From: Candidatus Krumholzibacteriia bacterium
GTDB taxonomy: Bacteria > Krumholzibacteriota > Krumholzibacteriia > LZORAL124-64-63
NCBI GenBank assembly: GCA_036351155.1
Contig: JAZBOO010000024.1
Location: 1 to 39,173 of the forward strand
Direction: 5' to 3'
DNA length: 39,173 nt
The notes under the pieces are model-generated. The model searched no databases and had not been told where the DNA came from. It saw only the letters and a program-made list of their open reading frames with translations. Position numbers and translations under genes: made by a program. Positions 1-10,009 of this stretch are shown here, piece by piece (positions within the stretch are counted from its first letter, which is position 1; each line of letters starts with the position of its first letter).

Positions 1-10
1 CGGAGAAATC

Positions 11-1378
<1,368 letters not shown>

Positions 1379-1385
1379 CCCGGAC

Positions 1386-1940
1386 CTAGCCCCAGGGCTT
1401 TTCCTTGATCAGGGTCAGGAATTCCGCCCGGGTCTTTGGATCATTCTTGAACGCCCCCAGCATTTCGCTGGTCACCGCGTAGCTGTTCTGCTTCTGGATT
1501 CCCCGCATCATCATGCACAGATGCTGGGCGTGCAGGGTCACGGCCACACCCAGGGGCTGCAGGTTGTCCATGAGACAGCCGGCGATCTGGGCGGTCATGC
1601 GCTCCTGGACCTGCAGCCGGCGGGCATAGGCCTCGACCACCCGGGCGATCTTGGACAGACCCACGATCTTGCCGTTGGGAATGTAGGCCACATGCGCCTT
1701 GCCGAAGAACGGCAGCATGTGGTGTTCGCACACGGAATAGAAGTCGATGTCGTTGACGATGATCATTTCCTGGCCCTCGGCCTCGAACAGGGCGCTGCGC
1801 ACCATGCTGCCGGCATCCTGGTCGTAGCCGGAGGTGATCTCCTGCCAGGCCTTGGCCACGCGTTCGGGGGTCTTGACCAGCCCTTCGCGTTGCGGGTCTT
1901 CTCCGATTTCCACAAGCATACCGTGAATCAGCTTTTCCAT
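1386..1940 (-). CDS. folE: GTP cyclohydrolase I
   Basis: [47 protein letters not shown] motifs; AGGAG RBS. Confidence 0.97.
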   Translation of the reverse strand: MEKLIHGMLVEIGEDPQREGLVKTPERVAKAWQEITSGYDQDAGSMVRSALFEAEGQEMIIVNDIDFYSVCEHHMLPFFGKAHVAYIPNGKIVGLSKIARVVEAYARRLQVQERMTAQIAGCLMDNLQPLGVAVTLHAQHLCMMMRGIQKQNSYAVTSEMLGAFKNDPKTRAEFLTLIKEKPWG

Positions 1941-1985
1941 CGTTCAACTCCTGAAATCGTGAGATCGACCGGTCAGGGACCATGA

Positions 1986-2014
1986 AAAATGGCCCGAAAA
2001 CCTCGAAAGGTCAA
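1986..2014 (-). promoter_or_regulatory. candidate sigma-70 promoter of folE
   Basis: TTGACC-N17-CATTTT on minus strand, 46 nt upstream of the ATG. Confidence 0.4.
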
Positions 2015-2099
2015 GCCAGGCACACCATGTGCAACAACCGCATAGCCGGAGGCGGAATCGTGCAAAATGAGGTTCCCCGCCCGGCAAAAAATTTCAGTC

Positions 2100-2174
2100 A
2101 AAGGGCCGTCGCGGTGACGTTTCCGGATCGAGTTTTCCCCCGACTTTGTCCAGAGCCAGCGTTCGGCCCTTTTT
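2100..2174. terminator. long imperfect hairpin after purN (terminator or structured RNA)
   Basis: AAAGGGCCG (2100-2108) pairs with CGGCCCTTT (2164-2172); inner stems TCTGGA/TCCGGA and TCGGG/CTCGA on the minus strand. Confidence 0.5.
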
Positions 2175-2176
2175 CA

Positions 2177-2779
2177 TCATTCCGCCTGCCGTAATTCCTC
2201 GGCCAGGCGCGACAGAACCCGGGGATAGAGCTCGCATTCCGCGCTGAAGACCCGCTGGGCCAGGGTGGAGACATCATCCCCCGGCAACACCGGCACCACA
2301 GCCTGGTCCAGGATGCGTCCCTCGTCATAGCGATCGCTCACCAGGTGCACCGTGCAGCCGCTTTGACGGTCTCCGGCCGCCAGAACGGCCTGGTGAACCT
2401 TGTCCCCATAAAAGCCCTGCCCCCCATGTCGGGGCAGCAATGCCGGGTGGATGTTCACCACGGGGCCCTGAAAGCCCTCTGGCGGCATGTAGAAGCAGAG
2501 GTAGCCCGCCAGGGCGATCAGCTGAGGCCCATGGGGGGCCAGCCAGGCGTTGATGGCCGCATTGTGGGCCGCCGGGTCGGGATAGTCCTTCCGGGCAAAG
2601 ATCCCGCAGGGTAGCCCCGCCGACCGGGCCACCTCCACACCGCGCACGTTCCGGCGACTGCTGACCGCCGCACAGATTTCCACGGCCAGCTGGCCCGCCT
2701 GGATCTTTTCCAGGAAATTTTTCAGGGTGCGCCCACTGCCGGAGAACAGGACGGCCAGTTTCACCGGTTTTGCCGTCAT
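2177..2779 (-). CDS. purN: phosphoribosylglycinamide formyltransferase
   Basis: LAVLFSGSG, LIALAGY, NIHPALLP, SGCTVHLV..YDEG motifs. Confidence 0.93.
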   Translation of the reverse strand: MTAKPVKLAVLFSGSGRTLKNFLEKIQAGQLAVEICAAVSSRRNVRGVEVARSAGLPCGIFARKDYPDPAAHNAAINAWLAPHGPQLIALAGYLCFYMPPEGFQGPVVNIHPALLPRHGGQGFYGDKVHQAVLAAGDRQSGCTVHLVSDRYDEGRILDQAVVPVLPGDDVSTLAQRVFSAECELYPRVLSRLAEELRQAE

Positions 2780-3300
2780 TTCATCTCCTTGGCCAGACGC
2801 GCCAGCACCCGTCGATGAGCCGCGAAGGCCACCGGCCGGGGCAAGGCGTCCACCGGAAAGAAAGCCACCTCGGCGGCATCGTCCCCAGCCTGAAGCACAC
2901 CGCCGGTCTCCCGCGCCCGGAAAAACACCACCAGTACGGGAATATCCGGAGGCAAGATTCCCGACTCCACAGCATAAAGGCCGTCCAGCTCCACGGCGAG
3001 GCCTGTTTCCTCTCGGGCCTCGCGGATGGCCGTCTGGGTGACGTCCTCATCCCATTCCATGAAACCCGTGGGCAAGGACCACTGCCCCACCTTGGGAGCA
3101 AACTTGCGGCGCACCAGGCACACCTCTCGCCCGCGCAGCAAGATGACCCCGGCTCCAGGGGCGGGATTCAGGTACTGCACGAAGCCGCACTCGGAGCAGC
3201 GCGGCCGCTCCTCTCCCCCTTCGTGGGCACGGCCCATGGCCGCCCGACAGCGTGGGCAATAAGGAAACACGTGGGCATTGCGCTCAAGAGGTGTGGGCAT
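2776..3300 (-). CDS. Nudix hydrolase with N-terminal zinc ribbon
   Basis: CPRC...CSEC zinc ribbon, YLNP, Nudix box GFMEWDEDVTQTAIREAREETGL, AGDDA; ATGA overlap with purN. Confidence 0.92.
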   Translation of the reverse strand: MPTPLERNAHVFPYCPRCRAAMGRAHEGGEERPRCSECGFVQYLNPAPGAGVILLRGREVCLVRRKFAPKVGQWSLPTGFMEWDEDVTQTAIREAREETGLAVELDGLYAVESGILPPDIPVLVVFFRARETGGVLQAGDDAAEVAFFPVDALPRPVAFAAHRRVLARLAKEMK

Positions 3301-4858
3301 GGGATCTTTCCACGGGAAGCATCAGAATGAAGAGGGTCCAGCCCAGGAGAAAAATCACCAGGGGAGTGTTGCCGAGCCGCACGAAGAGGGTGCCTCCGGT
3401 GCCGGGCTTCAGATCGGCCGCCACCAGACCCGCCCGCCCCAGAGGCAGGCTGTCCAGCACCCGACCCCGCTCGTCGGTGACCAGGCTGATGCCGTTGTTG
3501 GCACAGCGGATCAGAGGCACGCCACACTCGGCAGACCGCATCCGGGCCAGGGCGGCGTGCTGAACCGGGCCCGCCGTTTTGCCGAACCAGCCGTCGTTGG
3601 TCAGGACGATGAGGCAACCGCTGCCCTGTCGCACGCTTTCCCGGGCCAGGCGCCCCAGAATGGATTCGAAGCAGATGAGTCCCGAAAACGGAAACGGGCC
3701 CACATCGTCGGGCAGGTTGATCACCTGGGGCGGCGCACCCGGAGCCCACTCGGCCTGACCCACGTCGATTTTGGCCAGGAAGGGCAGATGCCGTGTGAAG
3801 GGCATGGCCTCGCCGATGGGCAGCAGGTGGTACTTGGCGTAGCGATCCACCAGCATGCCCTGTCGGTTGAACAGGCCCGAGGAGTTGAACTTGCTGACGG
3901 TGCCGTCGGCCTCACGCTGAGCATCGGGAAAGCCGGTGTAGATCAGGATTTTTTGATCCCGAGCCAGGTCGCGCACCCAGTCCATCAACTCGCGGTCATA
4001 GCGGACATAGGCCGGGATAGCGGTTTCGGCCCAGACCACGAACTGGGCCCCATCGGCGGCCGCCTGCCTGGTCAACCGGGTATAGGGATCCACGGTGGCG
4101 GCCAGCTTTTCCTTGTCCCACTTGTCGGCCAGGGACACGTCGGCCTGCACGGCGGCCACCCGGACGGGGGAACTTCCCACCTCGGGTCCGGTCACCAGGG
4201 TTCCCAGGGCCAGGACCAGCCAGATACCCAGGGCCGACCCGGTCAGCAACCGGAACCGCGCGTGCCGCAGACCCCAGGCCGCACCGGCCAGGGCGGTGAA
4301 GACCACGGCGGCCCCCAGACCCATCTCTCCCTGAGTGCGCGCCAGGCTCAACAGCGGGGTGCTCAGCACGCAGCTGCCGCTCAGACACCAGGGATAGGCC
4401 AGCTCGCCCCGATCCCTCAGCAACTCCATCCCCACGAACAGCACCGGGAGCACCAGAAAGGCCTTTTCCATGCCCAGCCGCCGGCGCGCCCGTCCGTACA
4501 GCCATCCGAAAACCAGGTAGAACAGAGCCACGTAGCCGATGGCTGCCAGGGCCTGGGCAGGGATCAGCGCCCGGGTGGGAATGCTCTTGGCCGGGATCAG
4601 AAAAAACAACCAGTGCAACAAGGTGAGCTGATGGGAATAACCGAATACCCAGGCCAGCCGCGCCGGCCGGTCGGCCCGGGACAGCTGCATGAAGAACCAG
4701 GCCAGGCCCACCGGAACCAGAACCCCGGTCCAGGGCACTGGTGGCAGCCCCAGGGTCACAACCACGCCCGCCAGCGCGGCAAAGATCAGCCGCTGGCGTT
4801 CCGTTTGCCCTGCAAGCCTGGCCCGTAGCCCAGGTACTGCTGTCACATGGTTTTCCAT
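3284..4858 (-). CDS. lnt: apolipoprotein N-acyltransferase
   Basis: Multiple TM segments plus nitrilase triad WAET / YAKYHLLPIGE / ICFES, TNDGWFG, ANNGIS. Start trimmed to ATG 4858 (the longer ORF overlaps the upstream gene); exact start uncertain. Confidence 0.93.
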   Translation of the reverse strand: MENHVTAVPGLRARLAGQTERQRLIFAALAGVVVTLGLPPVPWTGVLVPVGLAWFFMQLSRADRPARLAWVFGYSHQLTLLHWLFFLIPAKSIPTRALIPAQALAAIGYVALFYLVFGWLYGRARRRLGMEKAFLVLPVLFVGMELLRDRGELAYPWCLSGSCVLSTPLLSLARTQGEMGLGAAVVFTALAGAAWGLRHARFRLLTGSALGIWLVLALGTLVTGPEVGSSPVRVAAVQADVSLADKWDKEKLAATVDPYTRLTRQAAADGAQFVVWAETAIPAYVRYDRELMDWVRDLARDQKILIYTGFPDAQREADGTVSKFNSSGLFNRQGMLVDRYAKYHLLPIGEAMPFTRHLPFLAKIDVGQAEWAPGAPPQVINLPDDVGPFPFSGLICFESILGRLARESVRQGSGCLIVLTNDGWFGKTAGPVQHAALARMRSAECGVPLIRCANNGISLVTDERGRVLDSLPLGRAGLVAADLKPGTGGTLFVRLGNTPLVIFLLGWTLFILMLPVERSHAHTS

Positions 4859-4898
4859 GCGGAGCAAGGTATCGCCAGGGCCGGACGGTGTCCAGACC

Positions 4899-6458
4899 TT
4901 AGTCAGTTGACGGCTCCAGGAGTTCCTGCCTCGGGCGCGCCTCCACCAGGTCCTGCATTCCGTACCGCTGGATCTTCTTGTAAAGCCCCTGGCGGGACAA
5001 TCCCAGCCGCCTGGCCGCCGCCGCCTTGCGCCCATCGGTGGCCGCGATGGCCTTGCGGATCAGGAACTGCTCCAGCATCTCGCCGGCCTGATTCAGGTTG
5101 CGGACGGTCATCAGTTCGGTGGCGCTGTCCACCTCCGGATGCCCGGACTGGATATCGGGAGACAGATGACGCCGCCGGATATGCATCTGCCGCGGGTACA
5201 GGGCCAGAAATCGTGCCACCTCGTTTTCCAGTTCCCGCACATTGCCCGGCCAGGGCCACCGCTGGAGAACCTGCAGGGCCTTTTCACTGATGGTCATCTG
5301 GGCAATGGGCCGCTTGGCTCGCCGGAGGAAGAAACTGAACAGGGGCGCGATATCCTCGGGCCGGTGCCGCAACGGCGGAATCACCAGGCTGACCACCTTC
5401 AAGCGATAAAACAGATCCAGCCGAAACCGCCCCGCCTGGATCTCACGTTCCAGATCCTTGTGGCTGGCCGCCACGAACCTCAGGTCCACCTTGCGGCTGT
5501 TCAGCTCACCGATCCGGCGGACCCGGTGCTCCTGCATGACGCGCAGCAACTTGATCTGCAGGGGCAAGGGCATGTCCCCGATCTCATCGAGAAAAAAGGT
5601 GCCCCCGCTGGCTGCCGCCAGCAGCCCCTGCTTGTCCCCCACCGCGCCGGTGAAGGCGCCGGCCTTGTGGCCGAATAGCTCGCTCTCGAAGAGCGATTCC
5701 GGCAGGGCCGCACAGTTCTGCCCGATGAACGCGCCTTCACGTCGGGGACTGCACAGATGCAAACCGCGGGCAATGATCTCCTTGCCCACCCCGCTTTCCC
5801 CATGCAGCAAGACATTCACCCCGCTGCGGGCAATGGGCCCCAGCCGTTCTCCCAGGCGGCGCATTTCCAGGCTCACACCGATGCAGCCGGGGATTCCCGG
5901 AATCGACACGGGGCGCGGCAAGGGAAGATGGTCCTGGGAAGGTGAATTCACCTCACCCCCTCCCACATGGACCCGGGCCCCCGCCTCGGCCAGCATGGCC
6001 AGCTGAGGCAAGGGAAAGAGAGAGGGCTGCTGCACGGCTCCCCTGGCTCCGACCACGGCGGGCATGGGCTCCAGCTGTTCGAGTAAAGGTCCCACCCGCG
6101 CCGATAAACGTTGACCCCACAGAAAGATACCCTCGCGCCAGGGCTCGCTCAGATCGAACCAGATACCCAGACACCCCTTGACCTGGCCCTCGTTGATCAG
6201 CGGCTCGAGCCAGAGCGCGGCTCCGCCGGGCCGCGTGACCAGTTCTTCTCGCTGCGACTGCATGGCCTTCAGCAATCCTCCCAGCGGCGGTTGCTGAGCC
6301 AGGCCATCCTGACGCGCCCGCCCGCTGGCCCAGCTGAACAGGACCCGCAGGGGTGAAGACGCCTCGGCGCCTTCACGTCGGACCACCCACACCGCGGAGC
6401 CCTGGCCTCCATGGGGAAAACTGGCCAGTTCCTCATTCCAGAATAAAGTTGTATCCAT
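4899..6458 (-). CDS. sigma-54-dependent transcriptional activator (bEBP) with uncharacterised N-terminal region
   Basis: GESGVGKE, ESELFGHKAGAFTGA, FFLDEIGD, FRLDLFYRL, WPGNVREL, C-terminal HTH AARRLGLSRQGLYKK. Confidence 0.93.
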   Translation of the reverse strand: MDTTLFWNEELASFPHGGQGSAVWVVRREGAEASSPLRVLFSWASGRARQDGLAQQPPLGGLLKAMQSQREELVTRPGGAALWLEPLINEGQVKGCLGIWFDLSEPWREGIFLWGQRLSARVGPLLEQLEPMPAVVGARGAVQQPSLFPLPQLAMLAEAGARVHVGGGEVNSPSQDHLPLPRPVSIPGIPGCIGVSLEMRRLGERLGPIARSGVNVLLHGESGVGKEIIARGLHLCSPRREGAFIGQNCAALPESLFESELFGHKAGAFTGAVGDKQGLLAAASGGTFFLDEIGDMPLPLQIKLLRVMQEHRVRRIGELNSRKVDLRFVAASHKDLEREIQAGRFRLDLFYRLKVVSLVIPPLRHRPEDIAPLFSFFLRRAKRPIAQMTISEKALQVLQRWPWPGNVRELENEVARFLALYPRQMHIRRRHLSPDIQSGHPEVDSATELMTVRNLNQAGEMLEQFLIRKAIAATDGRKAAAARRLGLSRQGLYKKIQRYGMQDLVEARPRQELLEPSTD

Positions 6459-6567
6459 ACATTCCCCCTTGATGGTCGGGGCCGATCACCAGGCGGGCAA
6501 CCGGCGTCACAAACAACGGCGAGACGGGGAGGGAAAGGCCCGAGAAACGGGCCTATCGGTCCAGTTT

Positions 6568-6583
6568 TGCAGGGAATGTGCCG
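6568..6583 (-). promoter_or_regulatory. candidate sigma-54 (-24/-12) promoter upstream of the bEBP gene
   Basis: CGGCACATTCCCTGCA on minus strand, exact GG-N10-GC spacing versus consensus TGGCACGNNNNTTGCW. Confidence 0.5.
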
Positions 6584-6606
6584 AAAAAAAGCCCCCGGAG
6601 GGGGGC
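6584..6606 (-). terminator. Rho-independent terminator
   Basis: GCCCCC-CTCC-GGGGGC followed by T7 on minus strand. Confidence 0.8.
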
Positions 6607-6781
6607 CATTTCACCACGGAAGGCGCAGGAACAAAGTTCAAGGCACACAATCATCTAAAGGAGGAACGTAAAAGGAAGCCCATAATTGCCAGGAAATCGA
6701 CCGGGCCCAGAGCCCGCCGGCGGCGGCCATCTGTATCACCCCCGCAACAAGCGAACAGGGAAAATCAATTACTCCAGCACT

Positions 6782-7795
6782 TCAAAAGGGCAAAACAACC
6801 GGTGTTTCACCCACCGTGACCTCACCGATCAACCGCGCGCCCAGTCCGGGAAGGGCCCCCAGATCCACCGCCTTCGGCACCACCACCACCAGCCCGATGC
6901 CCATGTTGAACACCCGGTGCATCTCGCCGTCGGAAACCTCGCCCCGCGACTGGATCAGGCGGAAGATGGGCAGAACCTCCCAGGCCGACGGGTCCAGGAC
7001 CACGCTCAGCCCCTCGGGCAGAACCCGGGGAATGTTGTCGTAGAAGCCCCCGCCGGTGATGTGGGCCAGCCCGTGAAGGGCCGGGCGTCCATGGGCCTCC
7101 CAGATGGCCCTGACATCGTTCAGATAGCTCTTGTGAACGGCCAGCAGGGCATCGGCCACCGAGGCTCCCCCCAGCTCCTCGGGCGAGTCGCTGACCATCA
7201 GGCCCGCCTTGTCCAGCAGCACCGCCCGGGCGAGGCTATACCCGTTGGTGTGCAATCCGGTGCTGGGCAGTCCCCACACCTGGTCACCGGCGGCGATATG
7301 GCGGCCGTCGATGACATCTTCCTCCCGCACCTGCCCCACGATGGTCCCGGCCAGGTCGAATTCCCCCGTGTTGTACACCCCGGGCATTTCCGCGGTTTCC
7401 CCGCCCAGCAGGGCGCACCCGTTTTCCCGGCAACCCTGGGCAAACCCGGCGATGACCGCAGGCAGCACATCCTCTTCGAGCTGGCTGGTGGCAAAATAGT
7501 CGAGGAAAAACAGGGGCTCGGCCCCCTGCACCAGGATGTCATCCACGCAGTGGTTCACCAGATCCTGCCCCACGGTGTCGTACCGGCCGGCGAGCTTGGC
7601 CACCATGACCTTGGTGCCCACGCCGTCCACACTGGCCACCAGCAGAGGTTGCCCCGGCGCCGGCTGAAACAGGCCCCCGAAGGCGCCCAGTTCGTTCTTC
7701 ACCCGGTGGTCCCACGTGGAGCGCACGGCCTCTTTGCTGCGGGCCAGGGCCCGGGTTGCCGCATCGATATTCACACCGCTGTCGGCGTACTTCAT
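6782..7795 (-). CDS. purM: phosphoribosylformylglycinamidine cyclo-ligase (AIR synthetase)
   Basis: YADSGVNI, GAFGGLF, DGVGTK, PLFFLDY, GGETAEMPG, GLHTNGYSL, AHITGGG, FNMGIG; GGAGG RBS before ATG 7795. Confidence 0.97.
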   Translation of the reverse strand: MKYADSGVNIDAATRALARSKEAVRSTWDHRVKNELGAFGGLFQPAPGQPLLVASVDGVGTKVMVAKLAGRYDTVGQDLVNHCVDDILVQGAEPLFFLDYFATSQLEEDVLPAVIAGFAQGCRENGCALLGGETAEMPGVYNTGEFDLAGTIVGQVREEDVIDGRHIAAGDQVWGLPSTGLHTNGYSLARAVLLDKAGLMVSDSPEELGGASVADALLAVHKSYLNDVRAIWEAHGRPALHGLAHITGGGFYDNIPRVLPEGLSVVLDPSAWEVLPIFRLIQSRGEVSDGEMHRVFNMGIGLVVVVPKAVDLGALPGLGARLIGEVTVGETPVVLPF

Positions 7796-7840
7796 GGGAG
7801 CCTCCGGAAGGAAAAATGCATGGGAATGACATCGGGGCAG

Positions 7841-7869
7841 ATGATAAGCCGACACCGGACAGGATTCAA
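7841..7869 (-). promoter_or_regulatory. candidate sigma-70 promoter of purM
   Basis: TTGAAT-N17-TATCAT. Confidence 0.6.
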
Positions 7870-7892
7870 GTGCAGGGAGTGCTGAAGGCGAC

Positions 7893-8798
7893 TTACCCTT
7901 CCGCGTGGCCGGATTTCAATCCGAACAGAGACAGCCGCCGGTTCAGGGCATCCAGAACCGCGTAAACCACGGCCTGCTGGCGGTTATGGCGAGAGGAGCA
8001 GGTACCGAAAAGAGTTTCGCTGCGCCGCCCTTCCACCAGGTCGATGGCCGTCAGGACCACCGACTGATCGCCCAGCTTCTCGAGCCGCACTTCCTGCACA
8101 TGCAGCAGGAGGGGTTCGGCCAGAAGTTCGGTCAGGGCCAGGACCGTGGCCCGAGCCACCAGCTGCGTATCGCTTTCGGCGTGGTTGGGTCCTTCGGCCA
8201 CGCCCAGGGCCTCGAGATCTCCAGCCTGGAGCAAAACCTCGGCCCTCACCACCATGTCACTACTCATCACGCCCACGTTGGCGCAGATGATGCGCGGAGA
8301 CATTTCTTCGGCCAGGATGACGGCGGGCAAAGGATCGAGGCCACCGGCACCGAGGGCCGATTCCGGAGGATGATCGGACCACTCCTCGGCCGGCATACCA
8401 TCGGGAGCTTTGAGCAGGGGATCGTCCAGCAGGTCTTCATCGAGCCCGGAGGGATCTTCGAACAGAGGATTGGCATCGTGAAAAGTGACTCCAGGGGAAG
8501 CCGAAGGGCCGCCCGACCATTCGTCCTGGCTCTCTGCGGCGAGCGGTTTGGGATCGATCATCTGGGCCACACTGATTTTCTTGTAGTCGATATTGACCTG
8601 GGCGCGCAGCTTGAGAAGGGTTTCCACATCACGCACGATCAAGCGGGAGGGTTTATCCGTTCCCGCCGTGACCAGAACCTCTTCCACTTCCCCGTTGTCA
8701 TCCAGTTTGATCTGACACTCCTGGACGCCCACAATCTGTGTCACCCAGCGCTGGGCATCGGCCACCCAGGCATCACGCTCGTTAGGCTCCCACTCCAA
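7893..8798 (-). CDS. conserved-looking hypothetical protein (two domains joined by an acidic low-complexity linker)
   Basis: 301 aa ORF filling the gap, TTG start; N-domain IVRDVETLL...KKISVAQ; C-domain ending AVLDALNR, reminiscent of the LeuA regulatory domain. Confidence 0.8.
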   Translation of the reverse strand: MEWEPNERDAWVADAQRWVTQIVGVQECQIKLDDNGEVEEVLVTAGTDKPSRLIVRDVETLLKLRAQVNIDYKKISVAQMIDPKPLAAESQDEWSGGPSASPGVTFHDANPLFEDPSGLDEDLLDDPLLKAPDGMPAEEWSDHPPESALGAGGLDPLPAVILAEEMSPRIICANVGVMSSDMVVRAEVLLQAGDLEALGVAEGPNHAESDTQLVARATVLALTELLAEPLLLHVQEVRLEKLGDQSVVLTAIDLVEGRRSETLFGTCSSRHNRQQAVVYAVLDALNRRLSLFGLKSGHAEG

Positions 8799-8961
8799 AA
8801 TCCGGCCCCCTATATCCCCGCGTCAAGGACGCAGGAACAAAACTGTTGCAATGGCACTGGTGTCCCGCAGTGATGTGCTCATCGCCCGAAAAACCGGGCC
8901 AAGGGGGAAGCTATCCCGGCTCCCCAAGAGCAAATTGGACAAGAAATCTGACCGCGCCAGG

Positions 8962-8990
8962 ATATTATCACACACCAATTAACCGCACAA
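8962..8990 (-). promoter_or_regulatory. candidate sigma-70 promoter of the hypothetical gene
   Basis: TTGTGC-N17-TAATAT with TG extended -10 in an AT-rich patch. Confidence 0.55.
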
Positions 8991-9030
8991 CCCGTACTTT
9001 GCAAATACCGACATATCAAGGAATTTTGTC

Positions 9031-9073
9031 AAAAAAACCTGCGGATTCACCCGAAAGGGGCCAATCCGCAGGT
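9031..9073 (-). terminator. Rho-independent terminator after the PfkB kinase gene
   Basis: 11-bp stem ACCTGCGGATT/AATCCGCAGGT running into a T7 tract on minus strand. Confidence 0.85.
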
Positions 9074-9098
9074 CCAGGTCTCTCCAGGGCAGGCCAGG

Positions 9099-10007
9099 TC
9101 AGGGAATCATCATGCTCCTGAGTTCTCCCAGGCGACGGGCGTAGGCCTCATCGTCCACCGGAAGCAGCCCTTCCACGTTGAAGCCCTCCGGACAGAAGCT
9201 GGCCGTGACCGTGCCGTCCAGCATGGCCTGGCGGAAAAGATCATCGCCGCTGTCCCGGGTGGCGCCGGCCTCGGCCAGCGAGCCCATGAAGCCCCCGGCA
9301 AAGCAATCGCCCGCACCGGTGGGATCCACCACGTCATCCAGAATCAAGGCCGGAACCGACAGCGTGCCCTCGGGGCCAAAGTACAGAGCGCCATGTTCGC
9401 CCTTCTTGACGATGACCCGGCTGGGGCCCATGTCCCGGATCGCGGCGGCGGCATGGGCCAGGCTGCGTTTGCCGGACAGCAGACGGGCCTCACTGTCGTT
9501 GACCAGCAGCACATCGACCTTCCTGAGGACCTTTTTCAGGTCCTCAGGTGTGGTCTCGATCCACAGGTTCATGGTGTCGAGGGCTACCAGGTGCGGCGCG
9601 TTCATGCTTTCCAGCACGTGGTTCTGCAAGACCGGGTGGATGTTGGCCAGCAGCAGATACTCCGAGTCCCGCCAGTGCTCGGGAATCTGGGGCTTGAAAT
9701 CGGCGAAAACGCCCAGCTCGGTGGCCAGGGTGTCCCGCTCGATCATGTCGTCATGGTAGCGCCCAGACCAGTGGAAACTTTGCCCCGGTACCCGGGCGAT
9801 GCCACTGATGTCGGCGCCGCGGGAGGCCAGCAGGTCCAGATCTTCCTGGCGAAAATCGTCCCCCACCACACCGACGGCGCGTACCTGCCCGCGGCCCATG
9901 GTGGCGATGCTGAAGAAGCTGGCGCTGCCGCCCAGCTGACGCTCGCGCTTTTCGCGCGGAGTTTCGACGGTGTCGTAGGCCACCGATCCAACCACGAGTA
10001 TGGACAT
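9099..10007 (-). CDS. PfkB/ribokinase-family carbohydrate or nucleoside kinase
   Basis: MSILVVGSVAYD, LGGSA, VNDSEA, VKKGEHG, DPTGAGDCFAGG; start trimmed to ATG just after argS stop. Confidence 0.93.
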   Translation of the reverse strand: MSILVVGSVAYDTVETPREKRERQLGGSASFFSIATMGRGQVRAVGVVGDDFRQEDLDLLASRGADISGIARVPGQSFHWSGRYHDDMIERDTLATELGVFADFKPQIPEHWRDSEYLLLANIHPVLQNHVLESMNAPHLVALDTMNLWIETTPEDLKKVLRKVDVLLVNDSEARLLSGKRSLAHAAAAIRDMGPSRVIVKKGEHGALYFGPEGTLSVPALILDDVVDPTGAGDCFAGGFMGSLAEAGATRDSGDDLFRQAMLDGTVTASFCPEGFNVEGLLPVDDEAYARRLGELRSMMIP

Positions 10008-10009
10008 GC

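Noticed and set aside
1941..1950. CGTTCAACTC next to folE, reminiscent of the THF-II (folE) riboswitch core as I recall it
   Set aside because: It is on the antisense strand and is simply the complement of the folE RBS region.
4859..5035. Long N-terminal extensions in the ORF track (lnt, purM, PfkB, tatC, LMW-PTP, arcC, aminotransferase, ppdK, 21903 ORF, 37415 ORF)
   Set aside because: They overlap upstream genes or promoters; downstream starts match family N-termini and usually have an RBS.
6657..7885. Plus-strand AAAGGAGG followed by a TTG-initiated 399 aa ORF
   Set aside because: The ORF is the antisense shadow of purM with non-protein-like composition; the purine tract is better treated as a possible RNA motif.
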